Positions 20,124 through 30,815 of a DNA stretch of 64,000 bases are shown here, one piece after another (positions within the stretch are counted from its first letter, which is position 1; each line of letters begins with the position of its first letter). Made by a program: the position numbers and the translations under genes. The notes beneath the pieces are model-generated. The model ran no database searches. It was given only the letters and a program-made list of their open reading frames with translations, and was not told where the DNA came from. Location of the stretch: the NCBI GenBank assembly GCA_963713045.1, contig CAVQKE010000007.1, positions 546,279-610,278 on the forward strand, in the 5' to 3' direction. This stretch comes from an uncultured delta proteobacterium (GTDB taxonomy: Bacteria > Myxococcota > Myxococcia > Myxococcales > Myxococcaceae).

Positions 20124-21130
20124 TCATTCCGCCAAGTCGAAGCTGAGCTCGCCCAGCTTCTCGACGCTGCAGGCAATCTTATCGCCGGCCTTGAGCCAAA
20201 CCTGCTGTGCCTCGGGCTTGCCGAGAATGACGCCCTCGGGCGTTCCAGTGGAAATGAGGTCCCCGGGAACCAAGGTGAAGACTTGTGAGGCGTAGCTGAT
20301 GATTTGTGCACAGCTGAAAATCATGTCGCTGGTGTTGGAGGATTGGCGCTGCTCGCCGTTGACGCGGCACTCGATGGCCAGCTTCTGGGGGTCGGCCACC
20401 AGGTCCGCACCCACCAGCCAAGGTCCCACCGGCAAGAACCCGTCCGACGTCTTCCCGAGCATGAATTGCGACGCCTTTCCGTCGCGAAACTGAAGGTCTC
20501 GCGCGGAGAAGTCATTCCCAGTGGCATAGCCGAAGACGTGACCCAGTGCTTCGGCTTCGCTCACCTGGTGCGCCATCTTGCCGATGACGACTTGGAGCTC
20601 GACTTCGTAGTCGAATTTCTTCGCGACCTGGGTCGGAGCTTGATGGTTCCTCCGTGTCCAGAAAGCGCGTTGTTGTATTTGTTGAAGAGAACCGGCGCAG
20701 TCGGCAGGGGCGTCCCCGTCTCCTTCGCGTGACGACGGTAGTTGAAGCCCAGCATGATGATTTTCTGGGGGGCCGTGAGGCAGGGGCCGAAATGCGCCTC
20801 GCCCTCCTGCAGGAAGACCCCTTTCATGGACGCGGCGGACTGGAAGACCTTCTGCAACCCGTCGAGATTTCGGCCGGCGATGACGTCGTCGGTGGTGGCC
20901 GGGACTCGAATTCGCTTCAACTTCCCCGCTTTTGCAACATCGAGGATGCGGTCGCCCTGTTTGACGCCGAGGCCCAAGCCGCTGGGGGTCTGCAGCATGC
21001 AGTAACTTAGAGAACGCGGCGCGAGCATTGAAGTGGCCTGTCCCCCGGCCGTCCCCGCCCGTGGCAAGAGCAGCGCGCTCGCGGCGGCGGCTCCCGCCGT
21101 CTGAAGAAGCTTGCGTCGTGTGGTGGCCAT
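20124..21130 (-). pseudogene. Fumarylacetoacetate hydrolase family protein with Tat signal, frameshifted at about 20635 (real lesion or sequencing error)
   Basis: GFNYRRHAKE and PVLFNKY in one frame; FDYEVEL, NDFSARDLQ, GKTSDGF, GDLISTGTPEGV in another; adding one C at CTC-C(C)G restores KLPTQVAKKFDYEVEL. Confidence 0.85.
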
Positions 21131-21218
21131 GGCGCCTCCCAGAAAGGGCAAATAGCGTACCCCAGCCCGGTCCGGCGAATTCCCTTGGGTTGGCAAGCCG
21201 AAGTGCCCGGACGGAGTG

Positions 21219-22833
21219 TCACGACTCCTCGGGCAGCTCCGGCCTTGGCACCGTGACCCACTTCGCCAGGACGAAGCACACTGCCATCACCGCGTAGCCA
21301 GCGACCCACGGCCAGGCGGGACTCAGCGAAAGGACCGTGTCCGCCGGCGTCCAACGGTAGGAATGCATGAGGCCGAGCGCCGACAGCACCGCTCCACCCA
21401 GGCACCAGGCGCCCGCCTGGACAAAGCGCCTCTCGATGACAGCCACGGTGGCAGCTGCGAGGAGCATGCTGCTGAGGATGAAGCCCTGCTCCAGCCGCAG
21501 CGCGCCGTCGAGCCAGATGTCGGCCTGCTCGAACTCTCGGAGAAGGGCCGGTGAAAACGGCCGGCCGCTCGGCACGCCCATCCCAGCGGCATGTAAACCC
21601 GCTTTGGCCATGTAGGCGCCCCAGCCAGCGATGCTTGGCAGCAGCCCGACCACCACTTCGCGGGGGCGTGCCGCCGGGGCGTTGCCTGGAAAGCTTGCGC
21701 GGCGATGACGATGCCAATCCAAAGGACAATGGCCATTCCAGCGTCGATGGGCACCGCCCAGGCAATCCAGCCCACCGTCCCGGTAAAGCAGATGAGGCTC
21801 ATGAACGCGCCGTTGAGGACCGAATACCCGGCGCGCGCCCCCATCGCCTTCCAACCGGGGTGGCCAATGTAGAGCGTCGTCGGAAAGCAGGAGCCGAAGG
21901 CACAAGCCGCTAGGGTGCCGAGCCCGTTCACCGCCAGCGAACTGCGGACGGGGTATACGTCTCCGGCGGCGCGCGCGGACTCGATGTTTTGCAACGAGCC
22001 GATGGTGGCAAACAGTCCCATCGGGAGAATGACGGAGAAATAGGCGAGCAGGTAGTGGCTGGAGAGGGCCGTCAGGAGTCCGCCCACGACGGGAAATGGC
22101 AGATGGAGCGCTGGGGGCGGCGGAGTGGGGCCGGTCGGGGCCAAGCCGGTGAGCCACGCAAACGCCACTCCAAGGGCCACCGCCACGAAGCCTCCCGGTA
22201 GTCCCCCGCGGAAAGACACCCGGCCGAAGTAGACGACGAAGATGACGGCCAGGGTGCCAAGGCCAATCACCGGCCGTGTGTAGGTGCGAAACAGAAAGCT
22301 GATGGCGATGAAAGTCAGCGCAATGCCGGCCAGCGTCGAGAGCAAGGCGGCTCGAGGGGTCGACTTTCGAATGCGTTCGGCAACGGTGTCCCGAGAAGCT
22401 CAATCATGCCCGAACCGAAGCAGGCCACCAGCCCCGCGTGCCAGGCGACGCGAGCCGGGTCAGGCTCCCCCAGTGACTGCGCCGCGAGTTTGGCCGGTAG
22501 CATCACCAGGAAGACGTAAGCGAAGAGCGACACCGTGTTGATGCCGTAGGGCAGCGCGCACACGTCCACCCGGCCGGTGGCGCGGCCCAGCGCCCTCGCT
22601 TGCCACGCATAAAAGACGTTGCCGACCAGGAGCGAGACGGCGGCTCCAGGCAGCACCCGGCCAAACACCAGCGCGTCGGGGAAGCCGAGCACGGTCCGGC
22701 ACAAGGCAGACAGCACCAGGAGCTGGACGAGATTGTCCAGCGCCAGGCCAAAAAAGCCATCGACATCTCCCCGGACAAACCACCGCATCTGCGCCCGGGG
22801 CGAGGCGCCAGAGCTCACGCTGGCGCTTTGCAT
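21219..22833 (-). pseudogene. NCS2-like (xanthine/uracil/AzgA-like) permease split over three frames
   Basis: GDVDGFFGLALDNL and ALPYGINT; then TPRAALLSTLAG, QNIESARAAGD, FPTTLYIGHPGWKAMGAR; then VVVGLLP...QGFILSSM; shifts at about 22385 and 21657. Confidence 0.85.
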
Positions 22834-22917
22834 GCGAGCATGCGGGCGAACATGGCATGCCGGGTTTGACGTTGCCCGGCCTCGCCGAGGAGGGCCTAGC
22901 GGGGGGTGGTGCTTACC

Positions 22918-23499
22918 TCAGCTTCGGTCCGCGTCCACCAACGCTTCGATTTTGGCCATCGCGTCGTCGAGTACGGCACGGACCTTTTTCATGACGGCCG
23001 GGCTGAGGCGTCCGTGGCGCGCGGAGTGTCGAAAGACTTTGAAGAGGCGGGTCGCGTGCTTGATGAGGTCCCCCAGCTCTTCGGCGTACTCCTCCCAGCT
23101 GCCGGCCCCAGACCGTTCATAGAAGTCGTCCACCTCGTCTCGATGGGCCTCGAGGTCGCGCTGACCTTCGGCCGTGATGGCGTACACCTTGCGCCCCTCG
23201 CGCTCCTCCACGCGCGCATGGCCGAGTTCCTCCAGCAATTGCAGGGTGGGGTAAATGACTCCGGGGCTCGGCCGGTATGTCCGCCCGCTCCGCTCTTCGA
23301 TGGCCTGCATAATCTCGTAGCCATGGCGGGCTTGCTTCTCAATGGCGTCGAGGACGAGGTACCGCACCGCCCCGCGGTCCGCCCGGGGCGGAGGCCCGCC
23401 GAAGACGTCCCAGAAGTCCGGCCGTCCCCCGTGGTGTCTCCGGCCGCGAAAAGCCGACCCCATGAAATGGCGCTCCCAGTCCCAGTGTCCCTCGTGCAT
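22918..23499 (-). CDS. PadR family transcriptional regulator
   Basis: RGAVRYLVL, HGYEIMQAIEE, YRPSPGVIYPTLQLLEE, RKVYAITAEG; GGAGG RBS. Confidence 0.93.
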   Translation of the reverse strand: MHEGHWDWERHFMGSAFRGRRHHGGRPDFWDVFGGPPPRADRGAVRYLVLDAIEKQARHGYEIMQAIEERSGRTYRPSPGVIYPTLQLLEELGHARVEEREGRKVYAITAEGQRDLEAHRDEVDDFYERSGAGSWEEYAEELGDLIKHATRLFKVFRHSARHGRLSPAVMKKVRAVLDDAMAKIEALVDADRS

Positions 23500-23524
23500 G
23501 TGCTTCCTCCAGCCGACACTGAAA

Positions 23525-23547
23525 AGATGTGTCGTTAAGTTATATCT
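23525..23547. promoter_or_regulatory. AT-rich imperfect palindrome, possible PadR autoregulatory site
   Basis: AGATGTGTC-GTTAA-GTTATATCT (6 of 9 arm positions match), 25 bp from the padR start. Confidence 0.35.
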
Positions 23548-23756
23548 ACAGATAGCTCCGTTCGAGCTTGGGTGCAAGCGAATGCGCCGAGACGTCCTGG
23601 GGGCGCGCGAGCCGTCGTGCTTCCGGGCGCTTGGTCCGCGCTCCAAGAGTCAGCTCCACGTCGACGGGTCGTCCCCGGCGCCGCGTCATGACGCCTTGCG
23701 GCGGCGGGGCGGCCCAGACGGCGGGCGAAGGCTGGACTACCGTCCTCGCCGTGCCC

Positions 23757-25400
23757 GTGAGGCTGCTGCAGCCGACCCCTCCCCCGTACGACCCGCTCCT
23801 CTGGGTGAGGAAGCCGCTCGAGGAACGGGCGCGGATGGTCTGCCAGGCCTGGGCCATTCAAGGCTATGGGACGCCCCTCGGCGCGTACGCCATCCATGCA
23901 GTCAAAGTCCTCCTCTATGTCGGAGCGTGGGTTTTCTTCTGCGCCTTGACGCCCGGGCTCGGTGGCCTCACGTCCATCGGCCGATGGTGGCTGGCCCCGG
24001 TGGCATTCCAGAAGGCCATCCTGTGGAGCATGCTTTTCGAGGGCCTCGGCCTTGGCTGCGGGAGCGGCCCGTTGACGGGTCGCTATTTCCCGCCCTTCGG
24101 CGGCTTCCTCTATTTCCTTCGGCCGGGCACCACCAAGCTGCCGTTGTTTCCGGGCCTGCCGCTACTCGGCGGCACGCGACGAAGTTGGCTGGACGTCGCA
24201 CTCTACGCGGCGCTGCTGGTCGCGCTGGTGCGGGCCCTCGTTGGCCCGACGGTTGACTCGGCGGTCCTCCTCCCGGTGGTGCTGCTGGTGGCGGTCCTGG
24301 GGCTTGCGGACAAAACCATTTTTCTTGCCCTGCGCGCCGAGCACTACTGGACCACCACGGTGTGTTTCGCCTTCGCCACCCAGTGGATTGCCGGCGCCAA
24401 GGCGGTGCAGTTGGCGCTGTGGTTCTGGGCCGGGTTCTCCAAACTCAACCATCACTTCCCGGCGGTCGTCTGTGTCATGACGAGCAACAGCCCCTTTCTG
24501 CGGTTTGAGTGGTTGCGGCGAAGGATGTATCGCCACTACCCGGACGACTTGCGGCCTTCCCGCCTCGCGGAATGGATGGCGCACGCCGGGACGGCGCTCG
24601 AGTTGGGCGTCCCGGTCATCTTCCTTTTTTCGCCGGGTGGCCCGTCCCTGGTGGTGGGCATGGTGCTGATGCTGTTGCTTCACGCCTACATCACCAGCAA
24701 TGTGCCGATGGGCGTGCCCGTCGAGTGGAACTTCATGGTGGTCTATGGCGCCTTCGCGTTGTTCTGGGCTCACCCCAACGTCACCCTGGCGGCCCTCGGT
24801 CCGCCGTGGCTGACGGTTTTTCTTGCCGTCATGCTCATCGGCCTGCCGCTGGCCGGGAACCTTTTCCCAGACCGCTTCTCCTTCCTCCTCGCGATGCGCT
24901 ACTACGCCGGCAATTGGGCGTACGGCGTCTGGCTTTTCCGCGGCGACAGCTACCGCAAACTCGACCGCTTGACGAAGAGCGCCGGCTGGGTGTTCGACCA
25001 GCTGGACCGCTTCTATGACAAGCCCACTGCCGTCGGCCTGTTTGGAAAGGTGATGAGTTTTCGGATGATGCACCTCCACGGACGCGCCTTGCCGGTCCTG
25101 TTGCCGAGGGCAGTGGAGCGCTTTGAGGACTACGAATACGTGGAGGGCGAGGTCATCGCTGGGCTGGTGTTGGGCTGGAACTTCGGCGACGGGCATCTGC
25201 ACCGCGAATCCCTGCTTCGTGCCGTTCAAGAGCAGTGTGGGTTTGCCGCGGGGGAACTCCGCTGCATCTTCGTCGAATCGCAGCCTCTCGGACGTTCGAC
25301 TTTGGGGTTCCGCATTCTCGACGCGAAGATGGGCCTACTCGAAGCGGGCACGCTCGATGTCCGCGAGCTGCGGCAGCGCCAACCGTGGGCGGCGGCTTGA
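23757..25400 (+). CDS. DUF3556 family membrane protein
   Basis: GLGCGSGPLTGR, LRPGTTKLP, DKTIFLA.RAEHY, SKLNHHFP, MRYYAGNW, GWNFGDGHLH; start uncertain (GTG 23751 or 23757). Confidence 0.88.
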   Translation: MRLLQPTPPPYDPLLWVRKPLEERARMVCQAWAIQGYGTPLGAYAIHAVKVLLYVGAWVFFCALTPGLGGLTSIGRWWLAPVAFQKAILWSMLFEGLGLGCGSGPLTGRYFPPFGGFLYFLRPGTTKLPLFPGLPLLGGTRRSWLDVALYAALLVALVRALVGPTVDSAVLLPVVLLVAVLGLADKTIFLALRAEHYWTTTVCFAFATQWIAGAKAVQLALWFWAGFSKLNHHFPAVVCVMTSNSPFLRFEWLRRRMYRHYPDDLRPSRLAEWMAHAGTALELGVPVIFLFSPGGPSLVVGMVLMLLLHAYITSNVPMGVPVEWNFMVVYGAFALFWAHPNVTLAALGPPWLTVFLAVMLIGLPLAGNLFPDRFSFLLAMRYYAGNWAYGVWLFRGDSYRKLDRLTKSAGWVFDQLDRFYDKPTAVGLFGKVMSFRMMHLHGRALPVLLPRAVERFEDYEYVEGEVIAGLVLGWNFGDGHLHRESLLRAVQEQCGFAAGELRCIFVESQPLGRSTLGFRILDAKMGLLEAGTLDVRELRQRQPWAAA

Positions 25401-26845
25401 GCGAACCAGATGTCGTCATCGTCGGGACAGGACCGAACGGCCTGGCGGCGGGTGTCTTTCTCAGCCGCGCCGGAGCGTCGGTCCTCTTGCTGGAGGCGAG
25501 CCCCACCGTCGGCGGGGGACTGCGCACCGCGGCGCTGACGCTGCCTGGCTTTGCACATGACGTCTGCTCAGCCGTCCACCCAATGGGCATCCTCTCGCCC
25601 TACTTGAGGCAACTGCCGCTGGAAGACCACGGCCTGCAGTGGATTCGCCCCCCGGCCTCGGTTGCGCACCCATTGGACAACGCTCCAGCGGTCCTACTCC
25701 GTCGCTCACTCGACACCACCTCCGCCGAGTTGGACGTCGACCGGGAGAGTTACCGGAGGCTGGTGGCGCCGTACCTCCGTCGCCCCCATGCGCTCCTCGA
25801 GGACGTGCTCGCCCCGCTGCACATCCCTCACCACCCGGGCTTACTGTTTCGCTTTGGCCTCCAGGGCATTCAATCCGCCACCAGGCTTGCCCGGCGTTTC
25901 CGAGGCGCCCGCGCCCGGGCGCTGCTGGCCGGCTGCGCCGCCCACGCCATCCTGCCTCTCGAGCAGCACCTGACAGCGGCCGTCGCCCTTCTATTCCTCG
26001 TGACCGGACACGTCGAGGACTGGCCGGTGGCCTTGGGAGGCTCGGAAGCCATCGCCCGGGCACTGGCGAGTCTGCTCCGCTCGCGCGGCGGGCAGATTGA
26101 AACCGATGTCGCGGTGCGGACGCTGAGGGACCTGCCCAGGGCACGGGCCTACCTCTTCGACACCAGCCCGGCACAGCTGGCCCAAATTGCTGAATCCATC
26201 CTTCCCGCTGGCTACGTGCGCCGGCTGCGTCGGTACCGCTATGGCCCCGCCGCCTTCAAAGTGGATTGGGCGCTGGACGGCTCCATCCCCTGGAAAGACT
26301 CACGTTGCCTGGAGGCGTCCACCGTTCATCTGGGCGGCACGCTGGAAGAGATTTCCGTGTCCGAGGCGGCGGTCTGGCGCGGTGAGCACGCCGAGCGTCC
26401 CTTTGTCCTGCTCTGTCAACAAAGCCAGTTCGACCGCACCAGGGCACCGGCCGGCAAGCAGACCGGTTGGGCCTACTGTCACGTTCCAGCCGGCTCCGCC
26501 GCCGACATGACGGGCGCCATCGAGTCGCAAGTTGAGCGGTTCGCGCCGGGGTTTCGGGCACGCATTCTCGCCCGTCATGTCACAAGGCCGGCGGACCTCG
26601 AGCGCTACAACGCCAACTATGTGGGGGGCGCCATCACCGGCGGGGTGGCGGACCTCGGCCAACTTTTCACCCGACCCGTCGCGCGCCTCAACCCCTACAC
26701 GACGCCCCACCCGCGGCTCTTCCTCTGCTCTGCCTCGACTCCGCCAGGCGGGGGTGTGCACGGAATGTGCGGTTACTATGCCGCTGCGACCGCGCTGCGA
26801 CGCCTCGACGGCCTTCGGCCGGCGACTCTGACTTCAGCCGCCTGA
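25397..26845 (+). CDS. Phytoene dehydrogenase-like NAD(P)/FAD oxidoreductase
   Basis: TTGA overlap with upstream stop; VIVGTGPNGL, HDVCSAVHP, CSASTPPGGGVHGMCG. Confidence 0.93.
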   Translation: MSEPDVVIVGTGPNGLAAGVFLSRAGASVLLLEASPTVGGGLRTAALTLPGFAHDVCSAVHPMGILSPYLRQLPLEDHGLQWIRPPASVAHPLDNAPAVLLRRSLDTTSAELDVDRESYRRLVAPYLRRPHALLEDVLAPLHIPHHPGLLFRFGLQGIQSATRLARRFRGARARALLAGCAAHAILPLEQHLTAAVALLFLVTGHVEDWPVALGGSEAIARALASLLRSRGGQIETDVAVRTLRDLPRARAYLFDTSPAQLAQIAESILPAGYVRRLRRYRYGPAAFKVDWALDGSIPWKDSRCLEASTVHLGGTLEEISVSEAAVWRGEHAERPFVLLCQQSQFDRTRAPAGKQTGWAYCHVPAGSAADMTGAIESQVERFAPGFRARILARHVTRPADLERYNANYVGGAITGGVADLGQLFTRPVARLNPYTTPHPRLFLCSASTPPGGGVHGMCGYYAAATALRRLDGLRPATLTSAA

Positions 26846-26866
26846 CAACGCGGAAAGGAGCATCCC

Positions 26867-27184
26867 TTGACTGCCGCGCTCACCAACCCAACCGTCAGGG
26901 CCGCCATCGATGCGCTCCAGAGGGGGGACCGAAAAGCCTGGGCAGCCCTCTTCGAGCCCGCGGCGAAACTCTACGACGACGGCAGCCCACGAAGCCTCGA
27001 GACCTTCACCCAGGAGGCAGTCGGTCACGAGCGCTTCACGACGATTGACCGTGTGGAAAACAACGGACTGGACGTGTTTGGCGCCTTTCACTCGCCCCAA
27101 TGGGGCGACTTTCAGACCTATTTCAAGTTCCAGCTCTCTCTAGCCGGCAAAGTCGCCCGCCTCGACATTGGGCAAGTCGAATAG
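26867..27184 (+). CDS. NTF2/SnoaL-like small protein
   Basis: AAGGAG plus TTG start; AAIDALQRGD...LYDDG...FHSPQWGDF. Confidence 0.75.
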   Translation: MTAALTNPTVRAAIDALQRGDRKAWAALFEPAAKLYDDGSPRSLETFTQEAVGHERFTTIDRVENNGLDVFGAFHSPQWGDFQTYFKFQLSLAGKVARLDIGQVE

Positions 27185-27274
27185 CACTCGTCTTGAAGTC
27201 CACATGGCCCGGCCCTCGAGGCCCTAGCAGCAAGCAGGCTGCGTGAGGAGTCGGGCGGGGGCACCTCGGCCCTG

Positions 27275-27637
27275 CTACCGGAGGCAAACCGCTTCGACGT
27301 TGTTGCCATCTGGGTCAATCAGAAACGCCGCGTAGTAGCTGGGGCCATAGTCCGCGCGGATGCCCGGTTGTCCGTGCTCGCGACCCCCCGCCTCGGCGCC
27401 CACCCGGAAGAAGCGGTCTACCTCAGACCGTTCGGATGCTCGGAAGGCGACGTGGATACCGGGGCCGCCGGCGCCTTTGGATAGATAAAGCCAAAAGGCC
27501 GGCTGTCCCGGAGGCCCGAAGCTGGCGCTGCTGTCGTCTTGAGAGTGAAGCACGTGGCCCAAGGCGCCAAGTGCAGCGCGGTAGAAGCGAACGCTTGCCC
27601 CCAGCGACTTCACCTTCAAGCCGATGTGGTCGTACAT
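27275..27637 (-). CDS. VOC/glyoxalase family protein
   Basis: MYDHIGL, FYRAALGALG, HVAFRA, YYAAFLIDPDGNNVEAVC. Confidence 0.93.
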   Translation of the reverse strand: MYDHIGLKVKSLGASVRFYRAALGALGHVLHSQDDSSASFGPPGQPAFWLYLSKGAGGPGIHVAFRASERSEVDRFFRVGAEAGGREHGQPGIRADYGPSYYAAFLIDPDGNNVEAVCLR

Positions 27638-27825
27638 GAAGGACCTCCTTGGGCCCGCTTAATCGGCTGGTCGCCGGCGGACCACCCGAAAGATTGAAGG
27701 TCTGGGGCGGACGCAACAAGCCTTTTCGAAGCATTCGCCGCGCTCCGGCCCGCAAGGCTGGCTTTCCCACAGGGGTTCCCAGCCGGCGAAGTCAGCCGCG
27801 GCGTCTCAACGTCGCGACGGATGTC

Positions 27826-29205
27826 TCACGGCCCTGCGTCCGTCGGCAGAAGCAAGGGTGGCAGGGGCTGCTGCGTGAAGTCGAAGTCCGCGCTCAAGTC
27901 TCCGAGGATGGGAAGGGTTTCCCGCACCGAAATGCGCGGGTCGGGTCGCCCATCGGTGGCCGGGTCCAGCCGTTGGCTACCCAGGAAGCGGTCCTCAATG
28001 AATTTGACATACGCGTCGAAGCTCAACGTTTGATGGTCAATGTAGCCGGCACGTGCGTAGGGACTGATGACCATCGCTGGCACCCGAAGCCCGTAGCCAT
28101 TGGCGTCCACCACCGGCGGTAGGACGTGGTCATAAAAGCCACCCCAGTCGTCCCAGACAAGAAAGATGGCCATCTCCGGCCACGCTGAACTCTGCATCAG
28201 CGTGTTAAGGATGGCGGTGACGTAGGACTGGCCGACGCTGACCTTGGCCGGTGGGTGCTCGCTCACGGTTCCGTCGGGGATAATCCACGCCACCGCGGGA
28301 AGGTTTCCGTTCTTCAGGTCGAGATAGAACTCGTCGAACGGAACGATGTTGCCCAACTGGCCATCCGCCTTGACGGTGTCGAAGTTGGGGAGGGGGTTCC
28401 AGATGCTGGGCACGGTGGCCAGCTGAGCCACCGGCTCACACGTTTCGACTCCGTCGTCTTCGCAGTCTGGCTCAGTGCCCTCGGCCAAATAGTAGCGCCA
28501 GCTCACCCCGGCGCGCTCAAGAAGGTAGGTGAGGTCCGTCCAGGCGTACGGGCCGATTCCGGCGGGGCTCGGCGATTGCAGCGCATTGGTGCAACTCTGT
28601 GGATTTCCGGCCTCGGTGCAGTCTGCCGACCATTCCGAGACCAGGTACAGGTGCGCGGGTTGGCTCCAGGATGCGTTGGATTCGAACATGTGGTCCTGGA
28701 GGACAAAGGCATGCGCGTAGGCCCAGTAGTTGGGAATCTCGCGGTCGTCGTGCCAACCGACCGCGTCGATGGAAGCCCCGTTGCTGCAGGCTGGATTGTT
28801 TGGGTCGAGACAGCCCTTTTGCCCCTTTTGAGCCGACACCAGGAAGCCGTCCATCGCGCCGCCGTCGATGTCGTCAATGGCATTGGCCTCGCCGTGGGGA
28901 CCTCCACCATTCACGTCGTCCGGGTCGTGAAACGGTCGAACGCAGGGACCGCCGTCAGCTTGCGGGAGACAGGCCAGTGGGACACCGGCATCGTCCATCG
29001 GGATGCCGTCCGCTCCGGGAAAAGTACCGAAGTAATGGTCGAAGGAACGGTTCTCTTGCATCACGATGACGATGTGCTTGATTTTTTGCAGGCCGACTGG
29101 TCCCCCGTCGGTGCCAGCGTCAGTCCCGGCGTCGGCTGGGGCGTGGGATTGGTTGCAAGCCCCTGCCACCAGCATCGTCGCGAGCGCTAGACGCAGCTTC
29201 GCCAT
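27826..29205 (-). CDS. Phosphoesterase (phospholipase C / acid phosphatase family) lipoprotein
   Basis: AGAC lipobox; [41 protein letters not shown]. Confidence 0.93.
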   Translation of the reverse strand: MAKLRLALATMLVAGACNQSHAPADAGTDAGTDGGPVGLQKIKHIVIVMQENRSFDHYFGTFPGADGIPMDDAGVPLACLPQADGGPCVRPFHDPDDVNGGGPHGEANAIDDIDGGAMDGFLVSAQKGQKGCLDPNNPACSNGASIDAVGWHDDREIPNYWAYAHAFVLQDHMFESNASWSQPAHLYLVSEWSADCTEAGNPQSCTNALQSPSPAGIGPYAWTDLTYLLERAGVSWRYYLAEGTEPDCEDDGVETCEPVAQLATVPSIWNPLPNFDTVKADGQLGNIVPFDEFYLDLKNGNLPAVAWIIPDGTVSEHPPAKVSVGQSYVTAILNTLMQSSAWPEMAIFLVWDDWGGFYDHVLPPVVDANGYGLRVPAMVISPYARAGYIDHQTLSFDAYVKFIEDRFLGSQRLDPATDGRPDPRISVRETLPILGDLSADFDFTQQPLPPLLLPTDAGP

Positions 29206-29304
29206 CCCGCTTCCTCCAGGGCCTGAAAGACTAACCCAGCGACGCCAACGCCAGTTGCGTGCGGGCCCGCGGCAAGGCCGGTTTGCCTTGGCGGCACCGG
29301 ACGG

Positions 29305-29967
29305 CTACCAGCGAACGACGAAGTCTGCGTAGTCCCCTTCGGCCGGCGATTTTGAGTTGTCACCGTCCGTCATCAGGCCCAGGCCGACGAAGTCCGGAAC
29401 GTCTTGCAGCTTCACTCCGTAGTATTTGGCGAATTCGGCCCTTGGGTTCACCTCGACGGTTTCCCAGCTGTTCAGCGGCCCCCCCGTCCGGACGAGGATG
29501 GTGTCCCGGTCAAAAAACCACCCGCGCGTCGATTCGCACGACGTTCCGGGGGTTCCCATGGTGCTCCATGCATACTTCAGGACCATGATTTTGATTCCGG
29601 CCTTGAAGGCAAGAAAGACGGAAGCGGCGTTGTCAGAAAACCCCGGTCCACAGTCGTTGGAGTCCTTGGGCAGAGCATGGACACGCCAGCGCCAGCTGAC
29701 CTGCTTGACTGCGTGCCAAGCCTTCGAGGGGGTTTCGGCATAGAGGACGACGTTGCCCAGGGGCGGGCGGTAAACGCCCCGAATCATCCGAGTGTCCCCC
29801 TCCGTCACGACCGCGTAGTAGTTGACCGGTCCCGAGTCCTGCGTGAAGACCTTGAAGCTCTCCAGCGGAACGACGGCCTCATTCTCGCCCTTCTCGGGAG
29901 CAGAGGGGCCACCGTCAGCGAGCGCGGCGGCGAGGAAAACCATCAGGAGGTGACTGGCTTGGGGCAT
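29305..29967 (-). CDS. DUF3047-like exported protein
   Basis: Signal peptide; SWRWRV..LP, LKYAWS, GLGLMTDGDNS. Confidence 0.75.
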   Translation of the reverse strand: MPQASHLLMVFLAAALADGGPSAPEKGENEAVVPLESFKVFTQDSGPVNYYAVVTEGDTRMIRGVYRPPLGNVVLYAETPSKAWHAVKQVSWRWRVHALPKDSNDCGPGFSDNAASVFLAFKAGIKIMVLKYAWSTMGTPGTSCESTRGWFFDRDTILVRTGGPLNSWETVEVNPRAEFAKYYGVKLQDVPDFVGLGLMTDGDNSKSPAEGDYADFVVRW

Positions 29968-30100
29968 GAAGTCGAACGTCTCTGTGGGTGAGCGGGTGTC
30001 CTAACGCGGAAGCCCCGCTTCGTCGACAGGACGAGGCGCTCCCCTTTCCCAGAGCCCGTTTTGACCCTTCCCGACAGGAGGCAAGTCAGCGCCCCAACCG

Positions 30101-30649
30101 TCAGCCTGGCGTGTCGACGACGCGAAGTCGCTCCAATTGACGAAGCGAACGCGACGGCATGCCGTCGGTCAACGCCACCAGGCGAAAGGGTCCGACGTCC
30201 TGTCCGAGCGGCTTCCCATCGACTGCCCAGACGACCAGCACCACCGTCTGTCCCATCCCTTCGGTCAGCTCAGCGCAACTGAAGACGGCCTGGAAACCGT
30301 CGCGCGCGGTGGCGACCAGCACCTGTCGGTAGCCCCGCACTTTCTGAGCCACGGGAACGTCTTTGCCCATCAAGCCCGGAGTGAAGCCAAAGTGAGCCAA
30401 CACCTTGTCCAAGAGGACCCCCGTCACCTGGTGGCTTTCCCCGTGCGTGGACCAAGTCGATGTCGTCGGCCCCAGCTGCTCCAGGTCACTTTGGGCGAGG
30501 CTCCCCGTCGTCGGAAGAGCCCCCTCCACCCGCACCGAGGCCGTGGGCGCTGCGGCCGCCGCGGTGAGCGAGCCCAAGAAGAGAATCAGAGTCGCCGCGT
30601 CGGCCCAACGCCTACTTCCCAACCAGCACCTCGCTGGCCTTGATGACAA
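30101..30649 (-). CDS. Exported molybdopterin-binding oxidoreductase-like protein
   Basis: TGVLL, ATARDGFQAVFSCAEL, DGKPL...GPFRLV...RSLRQLERL; start uncertain. Confidence 0.7.
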   Translation of the reverse strand: MSSRPARCWLGSRRWADAATLILFLGSLTAAAAAPTASVRVEGALPTTGSLAQSDLEQLGPTTSTWSTHGESHQVTGVLLDKVLAHFGFTPGLMGKDVPVAQKVRGYRQVLVATARDGFQAVFSCAELTEGMGQTVVLVVWAVDGKPLGQDVGPFRLVALTDGMPSRSLRQLERLRVVDTPG

Positions 30650-30815
30650 CCGTCACCGCATCCCCAGCTTTGAGACGAAGGTGTTCGGCGGATGCCTTGG
30701 TGATGGTCGACACCAGCTCATTCCCGCCGACGTCGACGATGACTTCGGCCGTCAACCCGTCGGTCTTGACGGACTTCACCTTGCCCTTGAGTTGGTTGCG
30801 CGCACTGAGTTCCAT
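30612..30815 (-). CDS. mop: Molbindin (TOBE/Mop domain molybdate-binding protein)
   Basis: LSARNQLKGKV...STIT..S...L.LKAGD.V.VVIKASEV; AAGGAGG RBS. Confidence 0.93.
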   Translation of the reverse strand: MELSARNQLKGKVKSVKTDGLTAEVIVDVGGNELVSTITKASAEHLRLKAGDAVTVVIKASEVLVGK

